Positions 49,201 through 58,120 of a stretch of 64,000 bases of DNA are shown piece after piece. Position 1 is the stretch's first letter, and each line of letters opens with the position of its first letter. The notes beneath the pieces were generated by a model. That model saw only the letters and a list, made by a program, of their open reading frames with translations. It was not told the DNA's origin and ran no database searches. The DNA is from Candidatus Micrarchaeota archaeon. GTDB taxonomy: Archaea; B1Sed10-29; JAJRYS01. The stretch is taken from assembly GCA_964643685.1 (NCBI GenBank), contig CAZXTN010000001.1, positions 135,936 through 199,935 on the forward strand. Direction: 5' to 3'. A program made the translations under genes and the position numbers.

Positions 49201-50243
49201 ACCCTCTTCTGTGTGAGCAGAACAATTCCATTAATTAGCTCTTTCTGCTGTTCTTCGCTTAATTTTTCAGCAACTTCAGAATACTTGTCAATTAAAAGAT
49301 TAGCATAAACTCTTCCTCTGAATCTTTCTACTTTGTCCCTTACTTTAACAAGCTTTAATACATCTGAAAAACCAGATTTTTCAACTAATAAAAAAACCCG
49401 CGGGTACTTTTTTTTATCCTCTTCAATCCTATCAATTAACTCCCTTAACTCAGAAGACCCTCTCACTTGTTTTTTAGTTACATTCAACTTCATTTGCTCT
49501 GCTTTTTCAAACAACTTTTGAATCACTTTGCCTCCTGGAACCTGCTGCTCTGCCTTAATGTCCTGAGATAACTTTTTTCTAGGCATGAACAACTTTACCC
49601 TATCATAAACGCCACTCGATTTGCTTCTATCACTCTTTTCTTGGTTCTTTATTAGTTGCTTTTTTTGAACTTTATTTCTTGTTTTAGAATCTGAAAAACT
49701 TTGCATTTTTAGGTTAGAGGTTATCCTTTTCCTCATTTTAAAAAAAGAAAACAAACTTAAAACATTTCCTCTTTTTCTTTTTTTAATCCCTATTTTTACT
49801 GAGTGGCTTTTTGCTTTTGTTAATGCTTGTCTCTCATTGTTTGCTTTTTTTATTTTTATTCTTGTTTTTAGAGTTATTAATTTGGTTGTTGTTTTCCGAA
49901 TTGGTTCTGTTGTTTTGGTTGCTATTTTTGGAATTGTTTTTGCTGGTGTTTTGTTTGCTTGAGTTTTTGTTTGTTTTTTCCATTGGGTTATTTTAGGTGT
50001 TGTTTTTGATGACTGTTGTTTTATTTTTGTTGTTGAGAGTTTTGTTAACTGTTCTTTTGTTAGGGTTAAGTTTTGTTGTTTTTCTTGCTTCTCTCTTATT
50101 TTTAATGCTTTTTCCAATTCTCTTCTTGCTTTCAGTTCCTGCAGTAATTGCAGCGCTTTTACTCTGTGCTGTAAAGAATTAGTTTTATTTTCTCCTGTTT
50201 TTTTTGCTGTTTTTTTTGCTTTTATTCTCTGCAAATAACCCAT
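46272..50243 (-). CDS. Very large K/E-rich hypothetical protein (1323 aa)
   Basis: Uninterrupted 4-kb ORF with basic low-complexity N-terminus, helical middle and globular C-terminus. Confidence 0.8.
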   Translation of the reverse strand: MGYLQRIKAKKTAKKTGENKTNSLQHRVKALQLLQELKARRELEKALKIREKQEKQQNLTLTKEQLTKLSTTKIKQQSSKTTPKITQWKKQTKTQANKTPAKTIPKIATKTTEPIRKTTTKLITLKTRIKIKKANNERQALTKAKSHSVKIGIKKRKRGNVLSLFSFFKMRKRITSNLKMQSFSDSKTRNKVQKKQLIKNQEKSDRSKSSGVYDRVKLFMPRKKLSQDIKAEQQVPGGKVIQKLFEKAEQMKLNVTKKQVRGSSELRELIDRIEEDKKKYPRVFLLVEKSGFSDVLKLVKVRDKVERFRGRVYANLLIDKYSEVAEKLSEEQQKELINGIVLLTQKRVYAISYLKEVDKLIKAGDKEYADYVVEILEKFALSGGEPSKFSEAIAKLGITKKEEIREVYEATSYLQELNFNPVEFINLINNELISPFEKQEAAEKSALKDLFNEIKQKRIKSENDLKAKVLVIKLFKEGYLSKKDYLYLLKNLPSSSKKFTSHTLLEEENFLIKIKKSNLVNEEEFKNLIFYLKLKIDEKNPTPALVNFYKKNSAPALVSFYGELSQDERKKVNKLIKKSIELRKFNESLFKELEFEFEKRLRTKVAFSFEKLKSKMREINEIIEEQDNLLSIALELKKENKESVEEIVHDKELTRKLRALKPTEKKAVLNNLKKLTFEEMKQQKEIIKELMDYPELRKKLIKPNMRVDEIKQVKLFKELFNEEEREEILNYSEYIFRDVLKQAIKNEDNERKLKNLKFLTDNITFGSLNPATTFLGEVALEELLNFDEEELKRLIKLTDQNRELRSFVDNLNVLMIKGLKGEQSHKLLELTYKLVEKKQDVNTFLEASVIFRDTLSRKHFEKFLKIKELPLSVLSEEIVRLKKGWVNKPYKQLELMISEEMREVFNSYIISRSKNRARELIIPLMRDEKVAEQIQAIIRNKLKAGEKIGKRQIKELPSIAQKLQLLNALFDKEISIQETDLKKLNKQLQDEIVKTGTQEFGENFEIKYKQLQDQHQEQQLVDMVVIIRTLENHYKTINFKKVKNEVIRTEKEQEALKQIMNAWLAGIDSFKEYKYKELDEIGVPEKLQDKWKQTTTITMQVGKESTEDKIEEVIKRLEESKQELTAENQEKHQEEYNKIQKLIEEQEYGKAQNKIQELIKQITEENSDASKHLQYAAGLLAKTNEKEAVLKASDEADVVSWFNIGKEFNTCQSYLSKGRFNPALVSFIGDATKKPIIIINTETGKMEARAVMYLTKNSSGEWELYLDDIYSHNTQAKQLILKFYEQKAKELGIPMVKKPHKIIGKVPFTYMNNNGGLRKQEVI

Positions 50244-50308
50244 TGTAACTCAATAATAATTAATGAAGAAAGGGATATAAAAAATAAATGACAAGCCAAA
50301 AAAAGAAG

Positions 50309-51100
50309 TTATTTTGTCATTAGTATTATTGCTATGAGTATTGCGATTAGCAGTAAGGAGTATCTCCCGCTTTTGGTTTTAGTGAACCATTGGATTAAGC
50401 TGCTTAGCCCGCTTGTTGATTTTGAAGTTCCTTTCAAGCCTGATGAGGTTACTTCAACTGCTTTTTTAGTCAAGTTAATCCATCCTTCAGGTGTTTTTAG
50501 AGAGTCGAGTGTTTCTTCAGTGACTTCAATCCATGTTTTTTCTCTTTCAGGCACTTGTTCAATGTTCATTGGATATCCTGACACTGCTTCTATTTGTATT
50601 TTTTGAATTCCTCCTTTTGGAAGGGTTACGAATACTATCCATATTGGCCAATAAACTAGCCTGAAGCCGGTTGTTGACATTGAGTCTTTGCCGACGTTGA
50701 ATTTAGCAGCTAGTTTTATTTTAGCTGCTTCTTTGGCTTCGTTCATGCTGATTGCTGGGTTTTGAATTTCGTATTTTAGCTCGTGTGAAATTTCTCTTTC
50801 ATAGTCAACTGGTTGTGATTCAAGAATCTGGGTTAAGAGTGGCTCGAGTTTTCCGTCTATTGCGTTCATTGCCATTAAGCCTGAGAATCCTTGGGAGTAA
50901 GTTTGTCCTTGCATTTCTTGTTCTATTAAAGTGTCGTAGTTGAATAAGTAGTAGGGGATGTAAGAGAGTTTCAGGTTTATTAGTTCAAAATGCCCCCAGT
51001 TTCTTTCTTTTAAAATGCTTTCAATTATTTCAGTTACGTCTTTGGTTCCTATTGAAAGAACTAAGGCAGGGTTTTCAAGAATCATTGAATAAAACCTCAT
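50309..51100 (-). CDS. Hypothetical C-terminally anchored membrane protein
   Basis: Internal repeat YIPYYLF...AIDG / YWPIWIV...AVSG; C-terminal TM. Confidence 0.7.
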   Translation of the reverse strand: MRFYSMILENPALVLSIGTKDVTEIIESILKERNWGHFELINLKLSYIPYYLFNYDTLIEQEMQGQTYSQGFSGLMAMNAIDGKLEPLLTQILESQPVDYEREISHELKYEIQNPAISMNEAKEAAKIKLAAKFNVGKDSMSTTGFRLVYWPIWIVFVTLPKGGIQKIQIEAVSGYPMNIEQVPEREKTWIEVTEETLDSLKTPEGWINLTKKAVEVTSSGLKGTSKSTSGLSSLIQWFTKTKSGRYSLLLIAILIAIILMTK

Positions 51101-51122
51101 CTTGCCTTTTTTTAAAAGCAGC

Positions 51123-51479
51123 TTACTGCTTTGCTATTTTAACGCCTGAGGGGGTTAATAGCAGTTTGCTTTCAGTGATTCTTGCAATGTCTCCGTTTAT
51201 TCCTCTTACTGTGTCTTTTATTTCAGAAACAGCTTGCCTTAGTTTGATGCTGTTTTTCTTGAAAAGAGGCTGAATGTTTAGTATGACCATGTTTCCTTTT
51301 CTTAGTTCAGATGATACTTTTTCAACATCCATTACGTCTTCTAGTGAGAATGGTTTTACCCACATGTCAGCGTGTTCTTCAAGCATGTCGTCTTGTTCGA
51401 GTCCTAGTGTATTTAAGTACTCCTCTATGTCTACTGAAGCTCCGCTTCCTCCTCTTAGTTTTTCCAAAATGCCAGCCAT
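51123..51479 (-). CDS. sepF: Cell division protein SepF
   Basis: ELRKGNMVILNI, GDIARI and LLTPSGVKI motifs. Confidence 0.9.
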   Translation of the reverse strand: MAGILEKLRGGSGASVDIEEYLNTLGLEQDDMLEEHADMWVKPFSLEDVMDVEKVSSELRKGNMVILNIQPLFKKNSIKLRQAVSEIKDTVRGINGDIARITESKLLLTPSGVKIAKQ

Positions 51480-51579
51480 TTTATAATACCTCCTGGTTTT
51501 TTAATTTACAAAAGCATAAAAACCTATACCTATTTTTAGGTGTTAGTAGTATTTTAATGTATTGCTTATGGGTGTTTGA

Positions 51580-52782
51580 ATGGAGGATATTTTTGAAAAA
51601 GAATTGATGAAAGAAACTATTTTTCAGGATAGGAACGTGCTTAGTCCTCATTACATCCCTGAAACTTTGCCTCATCGTGAAAAAGAAGTTGAGAGGATTA
51701 TGAAGAACTTGGCTCCTTTGCTAAGTGGAAAAAGGACGAACAATCTTTTCATTTATGGAAAAACAGGAACAGGGAAGACAGCTTCCACCAAGCTTGTGAT
51801 TGAGAAGCTTATGAATGTGAAGGAGAAGTATAATGTGAATGTTGACATGATTTACATAAATGCAAGAGTGATTAATACGAAGTACCAGGTTCTTCTTAAA
51901 ATCATAGAGCATTTGGAGCCTGGGGAAAGTTATATTGGTTATCCTTTCAGCCACTTGTATGACAAGATGCTTAAAGTCATAACTAGAAAAAACGAGCATG
52001 TTATAGTGATTTTGGATGAAATTGACAAGATTAAGAGTTTAGATGACTTGGTTTATACTCTTACAAGGGCAAATGATGAGCTTGTGAAAGGCAGGATAAG
52101 CATCATAGGAATAACAAACAATGTAATGATGAAAAAGAAGCTTGATCCTCGTTCAAAATCAACGTTATGCGAAGAAGAAATGATTTTTGCCCCTTATAAT
52201 GCTGAGCAGCTTGAAGATATTTTGAACCAAAGGGCAGAGAAGGGGTTTAAGAAAGGAAGTGTTAAGAAATCAGCAATTAGCTACGCCGCTGCTTTGGCTG
52301 CACAGGAATCAGGGGATGCAAGGTACGCTTTGAAGCTTCTTCTGAAAGCAGGTGAAATTGCCGATGAGAAGCAGGAAAAAGAAGTGACTGACAAGGATGT
52401 TTTGAAAGCAAGGGAAGGTGTTGAAGAGGAGATTGTAATGGAAGCAATTAACACTTTGCCTGAGCATCAGAAAATAATGCTGTATGCAATTGCTTTGCTG
52501 AGCACTTCAAAAGCGCATTACTCCAAGCTTGATGGTTCAAAAGAAGATAAGGTGTTGTTCACAGGGGAAATTTATGAAAAATATGAAGCTTTGTGCAACA
52601 GGCTTGGCAAAGAGGCAAGAAGCGCGAGATGGGGAAAGGAGTATATTAACGAGCTTGAAATGCTTGGGCTTGTGACAACCACTTTGTCAGGAAAAGGAGT
52701 AAGAGGAAACACTACTCTTGTTCGCGTGGCTTTTGATCCTGAAAAGATAAAGAGAGCAATTGAAAAATATTTTAAAGAATAA
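51580..52782 (+). CDS. cdc6: Orc1/Cdc6 replication initiator
   Basis: LPHRE, GKTGTGKT, LDEID, GDAR and winged helix. Confidence 0.95.
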   Translation: MEDIFEKELMKETIFQDRNVLSPHYIPETLPHREKEVERIMKNLAPLLSGKRTNNLFIYGKTGTGKTASTKLVIEKLMNVKEKYNVNVDMIYINARVINTKYQVLLKIIEHLEPGESYIGYPFSHLYDKMLKVITRKNEHVIVILDEIDKIKSLDDLVYTLTRANDELVKGRISIIGITNNVMMKKKLDPRSKSTLCEEEMIFAPYNAEQLEDILNQRAEKGFKKGSVKKSAISYAAALAAQESGDARYALKLLLKAGEIADEKQEKEVTDKDVLKAREGVEEEIVMEAINTLPEHQKIMLYAIALLSTSKAHYSKLDGSKEDKVLFTGEIYEKYEALCNRLGKEARSARWGKEYINELEMLGLVTTTLSGKGVRGNTTLVRVAFDPEKIKRAIEKYFKE

Positions 52783-52831
52783 GCTTGTTAGTAATTCTTA
52801 AAAAAGATGAAAAAAAGAAGGTGTTGCTTAT

Positions 52832-53449
52832 ATGAAGTCAGTTGAAATTATAAGGTCTTGGTTTTCAGTGCTAACTAAGCCTGACAAGACAGTGAAGTTG
52901 CTTGAAAAAAAGAAGCTGAAAGCAGTTGATGGTTTCAAGTCAATTGCTTTGCTTAGCTTGATAGCTAGTTTAATTGCCTGCTTTTTAATGCTTTTAGTAG
53001 CTGGTTTTGCAAGTTTTACTGAAATTGTAAAAGAAGCTGTTTTAATGTTTATTGGAATAAGCTTGTTTGGGATAGTTGTTTTGTCAGTTTTCTCTTACTT
53101 GTTTGTCAAAATAATGAAAAGGCACAAGGGAAAAGCAAAGTTTGACAAGATAACAGGAGTATACGGCTTGTTTGCTGGAATGATGGCTGTTGCAATGATT
53201 CCATACGCAGCTGGTTACATTTTAATGAGGGTGTTCATGACAATTCCATTGCTTGCTTATTTTTTAATGGGAGCAGGCGTCGTGGTAAGCACTGCTTATT
53301 CAGGAAGGATTTTAGGAGTGCTGATAGAAGCTGTTTCAGGAATTGAAAAAGTAAAAGTAAATGAAATGATGTGGGTTCAGAACTTAGTCATTGGGCTTGG
53401 TTATTTTACCTTGCTTGTGGTTACAGGAGTGTTAGTTAGCTTAAGCTGA
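52832..53449 (+). CDS. Polytopic membrane protein, Yip1-like
   Basis: VLTKP N-terminal motif and about five TM segments. Confidence 0.6.
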   Translation: MKSVEIIRSWFSVLTKPDKTVKLLEKKKLKAVDGFKSIALLSLIASLIACFLMLLVAGFASFTEIVKEAVLMFIGISLFGIVVLSVFSYLFVKIMKRHKGKAKFDKITGVYGLFAGMMAVAMIPYAAGYILMRVFMTIPLLAYFLMGAGVVVSTAYSGRILGVLIEAVSGIEKVKVNEMMWVQNLVIGLGYFTLLVVTGVLVSLS

Positions 53450-53466
53450 AAAAAAGGTGTTTTAAA

Positions 53467-53667
53467 ATGAAGTTGATGCTGTTCGCGTTAAGCTGGTTGC
53501 TTAATGTCGCCTTAGTTTCTTTAATGATAGCTGTTTTTGACAAGGCAGTTGGAACTGAAATAGAAGAAAATCAGGGAATTGCTGCTTTTCTTATCTTTGT
53601 AATACCTACTTTGATAGAAGCAATTTCCTATTACTTCACAGGACAGCCTTTCATGGCATCCTTGTAA
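53467..53667 (+). CDS. Small two-TM hypothetical protein
   Basis: AGGTG SD and two hydrophobic segments. Confidence 0.6.
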   Translation: MKLMLFALSWLLNVALVSLMIAVFDKAVGTEIEENQGIAAFLIFVIPTLIEAISYYFTGQPFMASL

Positions 53668-53686
53668 ACAAAAGGAGGGCAATTGT

Positions 53687-54406
53687 TTGACAGAACTTCT
53701 TTTTTTAGAAGATTGTTATGCTAGAGAATTTAACGCTGAAGTTGTGCAAAACAACAAAGGCTACCTTCTTTTAAACAAGACTCTTTTTTACGGCAGAAGC
53801 GGAGGGCAACCAGGAGACACTGGAATTTTAAAAACAAGCGAAGGCAAGGAAGTGAAAGTGCTTGACACCAGGAAGGAGCAAGGGGAATTAAGGCATTATG
53901 TAGAAGAGGAAACCACAGTTGGAACAAAAGTACATGGGATAATTGACTGGGAAAGGAGATACAAGTTAATGAAAATGCATACTGCTCAGCATTTATTATC
54001 CGCAATTATTCTTGACAAGTACGGCGCTGAAACAGTTGGAAATCAAATACATGAGGACTATTCAAGAGTTGATTTCAAGCCATTCAAGCCAACTCAAGAA
54101 GTGCTTGAAGAGATTGTAAAAGAATTCAACAAAGCAGTTGAAGAAAATAAGAGAGTTTGGTTTGAAACTGTTTCAAGAGAAGAAATGCTTGAAAAAGTCG
54201 ATGAAAAAAGAAGAAAGCTGTTTGAAAAACTACCTTCTTTCATAAAACAAGTTCGCTTAGTGCATATTGAAGGAATTGACATCTGCCCATGCGCAGGCAC
54301 CCATGTTAAAAGCACATCAGAACTTGGATTCATCAAAATCACTGACGTTCAAGGAAAAGGAAAAGAAACTACAAGAATAAAATATGCCTTAATCAACCCA
54401 GTTTAA
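53687..54406 (+). CDS. alaX: AlaX trans-editing protein (AlaX-M)
   Basis: GGQPGDTG, HTAQH and CAGTH motifs. Confidence 0.93.
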   Translation: MTELLFLEDCYAREFNAEVVQNNKGYLLLNKTLFYGRSGGQPGDTGILKTSEGKEVKVLDTRKEQGELRHYVEEETTVGTKVHGIIDWERRYKLMKMHTAQHLLSAIILDKYGAETVGNQIHEDYSRVDFKPFKPTQEVLEEIVKEFNKAVEENKRVWFETVSREEMLEKVDEKRRKLFEKLPSFIKQVRLVHIEGIDICPCAGTHVKSTSELGFIKITDVQGKGKETTRIKYALINPV

Positions 54407-54967
54407 GAACGCTTCAAGCGCTTTCTTTTTTTCAACTGCTATTGCTTTTTCTTTTTTAAGCTTATCTAAACGAAGCTTAAGCAACCTCTTGCTTTCTTTA
54501 ATGCTTTTTTCAATTGATTCAGTGAGATTTTGTTCGCTTATAACGCTTGTTTTTGCTTCAAACAAATTTTTCCTATAATCATCATTTTCAAGAAACTGCT
54601 CAACTATTCTCCTGTACTTCTGTTCATTTATCCTGTTTACTGGCGGAGCAACTGCTTTTGATGCTTCTCTATAATCTTCATCAAGAAGTTTTCTAAGATG
54701 ATGCTTCCAGAAAAGAGAATCAGAAGTTGTTTTAAACAAGTTGGAAATATTAAAGAAAGAGAGTTCCTTGTTCCTTTTTTCAAGTTCTTTTATTCTCGGC
54801 GACAAGTACTCTAGCTTTTTTTCAATAAGGCTTAACTGCTGTTTTATTCTCGGCTTGTCTGGGTAAATTAACTTGTCTTCTTCTACCTTAAGCACTCCTC
54901 CATGTTTCAAGTATACTTCAATTGCTTTTTGTTTTGAAAAAGGAAGAGTAGGTATTTTAAATTCCAT
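54389..54967 (-). CDS. Hypothetical coiled-coil protein
   Basis: 192-aa ORF that fills the gap; helical K/E/L composition. Confidence 0.65.
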   Translation of the reverse strand: MEFKIPTLPFSKQKAIEVYLKHGGVLKVEEDKLIYPDKPRIKQQLSLIEKKLEYLSPRIKELEKRNKELSFFNISNLFKTTSDSLFWKHHLRKLLDEDYREASKAVAPPVNRINEQKYRRIVEQFLENDDYRKNLFEAKTSVISEQNLTESIEKSIKESKRLLKLRLDKLKKEKAIAVEKKKALEAFLNWVD

Positions 54968-55004
54968 TGAAGAATAAATTAATCAGGAGAAATTAATAAA
55001 ACAA

Positions 55005-55364
55005 ATGGTGAAAAAAGGAAGTGGTTTTGAAATGTTTGGCGGAATGAACCCGAAGCAGTTGAATGCTTTGATGAAGCAAATGGGCATAAAGCAGACGCAG
55101 TTGCCAGCTGAAGAAGTTATAATCAAAGGAGAAAAAAGTTACAGGATAAAAAACCCGAATGTCATGATAATTGAAGCGCAGGGCCAGAAAACTTTTCAAA
55201 TAATGGGAGACTTGGAGGAGATTGAAACAAAGCCGTATAAAGAAGAAGATGTTGAAATGATAATGGAACAAACAGGCGCTTCGAAAGAGGAAGCTGAAAA
55301 AGCGCTTGAAGAAACTGACGGCGACTTAGCTGAAGCAGTAATGAAGCTGAAAAAAGAAGATTAG
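55005..55364 (+). CDS. nac: Nascent polypeptide-associated complex (start may be the later ATG)
   Basis: MKQMGI and GDLAEAV UBA-like tail. Confidence 0.93.
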   Translation: MVKKGSGFEMFGGMNPKQLNALMKQMGIKQTQLPAEEVIIKGEKSYRIKNPNVMIIEAQGQKTFQIMGDLEEIETKPYKEEDVEMIMEQTGASKEEAEKALEETDGDLAEAVMKLKKED

Positions 55365-56452
55365 TTTTCTGCTGTTTCTATTTTGACTATTTCATCAAAC
55401 AATGTCATTATTTTTAGTTTTACTTCTTGTTCTCCTTCAAGCTGGGTAATTGGAAAATCAAGTCTTATCAATCCATTGTCTGTTAAAACGTCATATTCTT
55501 TTCCATCAAGTTGTATTTTTGAAGGGAATTTAATGTCCCCTGTCTTATACTCCTTAGTTATGTTGTAGTTTTTCAATGCTTCTCTTATTTCTGCTACTTT
55601 TGAAATGTTTTCAACTATTATTGAAGCTGACTGGTTGTCAGGAGCAAAGTATATCCTTGCAAAGCTCAATTTTTTATCAAGACCGCTTCCAGTGAAATTT
55701 CCTTCAGCTTCAAAAACAGCTGCGTCAAAAGATAAATTTAACTCGAGGCTTTTATTGAATTGCTTCTGGTTTTGTATGATTGTGAAGTAATTCAAGCCAA
55801 ACTTGTTGCCGTAAACTTGTGGAGTGTCAATGCATGAGGGTGCTTTCATCAAAACGCCTTGTTTTGAGTAAACTACATTTGAACACTCGACTTTGACAAT
55901 GCTTCCAGGCGAGTTAGTGTAGCTCACATAAGCTAATGATGAAATGTTTTTTGCTATTACTGTCTTGTCTTTGATTGTTGAATTTCCTGTTAAAATAACT
56001 GAAGCTGGTACTAAAGCATATGAAGACAAGTATTTAGGAGTAGTGTCTAAAAGGTAATTGAGCCTGTAGCTTAATCTGAATCCAACATAATTTGCATCTG
56101 ACTCATTTTTAAGTTTTATAATTACTTCATCCCTGTATCCTGCTCCGTATGGGTTAAGCCCTACTTTTACTTGACAGTCAGCTGAATTTTCAGAGCAGTT
56201 TACATAGCCAATGCTGTTAATAGCTTCTCTTATTTTAGAATCGTCATTTGTGTTTGATAAACCTACAAATGACAAGTATTGGTTCATTCTCATGATTTTG
56301 GCATTGAACACGCCGTCTCCTGTCAAGACAAGAGAGTCATTATTTATATCTGGTTCAGGAACAGTATTTTTTGAATTGAGAAATGCAATAGGTATGACTG
56401 AAAAGAGCATTATTGCAGCTGAAAGTATTAGTATTGCTTTTTTTGAATCCAT
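55361..56452 (-). CDS. Hypothetical membrane-anchored surface protein
   Basis: N-terminal TM, many N-x-S/T sequons, Cys pairs. Confidence 0.7.
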   Translation of the reverse strand: MDSKKAILILSAAIMLFSVIPIAFLNSKNTVPEPDINNDSLVLTGDGVFNAKIMRMNQYLSFVGLSNTNDDSKIREAINSIGYVNCSENSADCQVKVGLNPYGAGYRDEVIIKLKNESDANYVGFRLSYRLNYLLDTTPKYLSSYALVPASVILTGNSTIKDKTVIAKNISSLAYVSYTNSPGSIVKVECSNVVYSKQGVLMKAPSCIDTPQVYGNKFGLNYFTIIQNQKQFNKSLELNLSFDAAVFEAEGNFTGSGLDKKLSFARIYFAPDNQSASIIVENISKVAEIREALKNYNITKEYKTGDIKFPSKIQLDGKEYDVLTDNGLIRLDFPITQLEGEQEVKLKIMTLFDEIVKIETAEN

Positions 56453-56578
56453 TTTGTAAAAACCACCAAGTAATAAATAGTGCTTAAAATAATAAAAAAA
56501 GCACTTATTAAAACTTATGCTTCATTGCATTAAAAAAAAGATTGCAGTAATTGAAGAAAAAAGGAGTTGTTTGAAAAA

Positions 56579-57235
56579 ATGAGTGAATTTGTAAAAGTAA
56601 CTTACACTGGCATAGAAAAAGGAACAGGGAAAGTTTTCGACACCAATGACAAAAAAACAGCAGAAGAAAATGGAATTTACAACCCTCAATTGAAGTACGA
56701 ACCTGTTTTAATGATTCTTGGAAAAAACCAGTTAATAAAAGGCTTTGAAGAAGCTCTTGCTGGAATGAAAGAAGGTGAAGAAAAAGAAGTTGAAATTCCC
56801 CCTGAAAAAGCTTACGGTGAAAGACGAGAAGACTTGATAAGAATAGTTCCACTTCAAGCTTTTAAAAACAGCAACATTCACCCTACTCCAGGAATGATTC
56901 TGGAACTTGAAGGAGCGCCTGCAAAAGTGCAGTCAGTAAGCAGCGGCAGAGTAAGAGTTGACTTCAATCACGAATTAGCTGGAAAAACACTTATTTTCAA
57001 AATAAAACTAGTGAAAAAAATAGAAAAAGAAGACGAAAAAGCAAAAGAGCTTGTCATGCAAGTATTTCCAATGGAAGAAAACGTTGAAATAAAAGTACAA
57101 GGAGAAGAAATTCAAATAAAACTGTCAAAAAAATCAGCGTTAATGAAAGATTACCAAGCTAGAAAAATGCTGTTAATACAGCAAATAAAAAACAACCTTG
57201 AATACAAGACAGTGAAAATAATAGAAGAATACTAA
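56579..57235 (+). CDS. slyD: FKBP-type PPIase (SlyD-like, long form)
   Basis: FDT, PEKAYG and DFNHELAGKTL motifs. Confidence 0.92.
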   Translation: MSEFVKVTYTGIEKGTGKVFDTNDKKTAEENGIYNPQLKYEPVLMILGKNQLIKGFEEALAGMKEGEEKEVEIPPEKAYGERREDLIRIVPLQAFKNSNIHPTPGMILELEGAPAKVQSVSSGRVRVDFNHELAGKTLIFKIKLVKKIEKEDEKAKELVMQVFPMEENVEIKVQGEEIQIKLSKKSALMKDYQARKMLLIQQIKNNLEYKTVKIIEEY

Positions 57236-57251
57236 AAAAAAGGTTTATAAA
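57236..57251 (+). promoter_or_regulatory. Candidate BRE/TATA promoter for psmB
   Basis: AAAAAGGTTTATAAA; a second AAAAAGGTTTAAAAA lies about 35 nt downstream. Confidence 0.45.
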
Positions 57252-57426
57252 GCACTGAAAGAAACGCAGATAAAAAGGTTTAAAAACAACCTTGACACTA
57301 AGAAAAACAAAAGACAAAGCTCACCCAAGCTTTTGTTGATAAAACGCTTATTTTAAACCAATTCAAAAAAAAACAAGCTAATTTAACAAGATAAGTAAAA
57401 TTAATTCTTCGGAGCTGATTAACAAA

Positions 57427-58044
57427 ATGGATGAAAAAGAATTGAAAAAAGGAACAACAACAGTTGGACTGCTATGCTCAGACGGAGTGATAATAGCAGC
57501 TGAACAAAAAGCCACAATGGGCTCGCTTATAGCAAACCCAGAAACCCAGAAAGTTTATGAAATCGCGCCTCATATTGGAATGACAGTAGCTGGAATGGTA
57601 GGGGACGCTCAAAGACTTGTTAAAATAATGCAAGTTGAAGCAGCGCTTTACAAAATACAAAGAAGAAGAAAAATACCAGTTGAATCAGCAGCTTCTCTCC
57701 TAGCAAACATTCTTCAAAACAACAAGTACTTCCCCTACTGGGTTCAACTAATACTAGCAGGATACGATGAAAAACCTCACTTATTCTCACTTGACGCAGC
57801 AGGAGGGCTGTCCCCTGAAAAAATGACTTCAACAGGAAGCGGCTCGCCAATAGCATACGGAGTGCTTGAAGACAAATATGAAGAAGGAAAAACAGTAAAA
57901 GAAAACCTTCCAATAGCAGTAAAAGCACTTAAATCAGCAGCAAAAAGAGACATTTACTCTGGAGGAAAAGGACTGATGATAGCAACAATAACAAAAAAAG
58001 GAATAGAATTCTTAAACGAGAAGGAAATAAAAAAAATAGAATAA
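57427..58044 (+). CDS. psmB: Proteasome beta subunit
   Basis: KG|TTTVG, GSGS and RDIYSG motifs. Confidence 0.95.
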   Translation: MDEKELKKGTTTVGLLCSDGVIIAAEQKATMGSLIANPETQKVYEIAPHIGMTVAGMVGDAQRLVKIMQVEAALYKIQRRRKIPVESAASLLANILQNNKYFPYWVQLILAGYDEKPHLFSLDAAGGLSPEKMTSTGSGSPIAYGVLEDKYEEGKTVKENLPIAVKALKSAAKRDIYSGGKGLMIATITKKGIEFLNEKEIKKIE

Positions 58045-58120
58045 AAACAAACCCCTCTCCTTTAACTCCTTTTTTTAAGACCTTAAACCCAAAAAACATT
58101 CAATAAAAAAGGTGAGAAAT

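Noticed and set aside
51480-51579. Replication origin next to cdc6
   Set aside because: The gap is only 100 nt and no ORB repeats are recognisable
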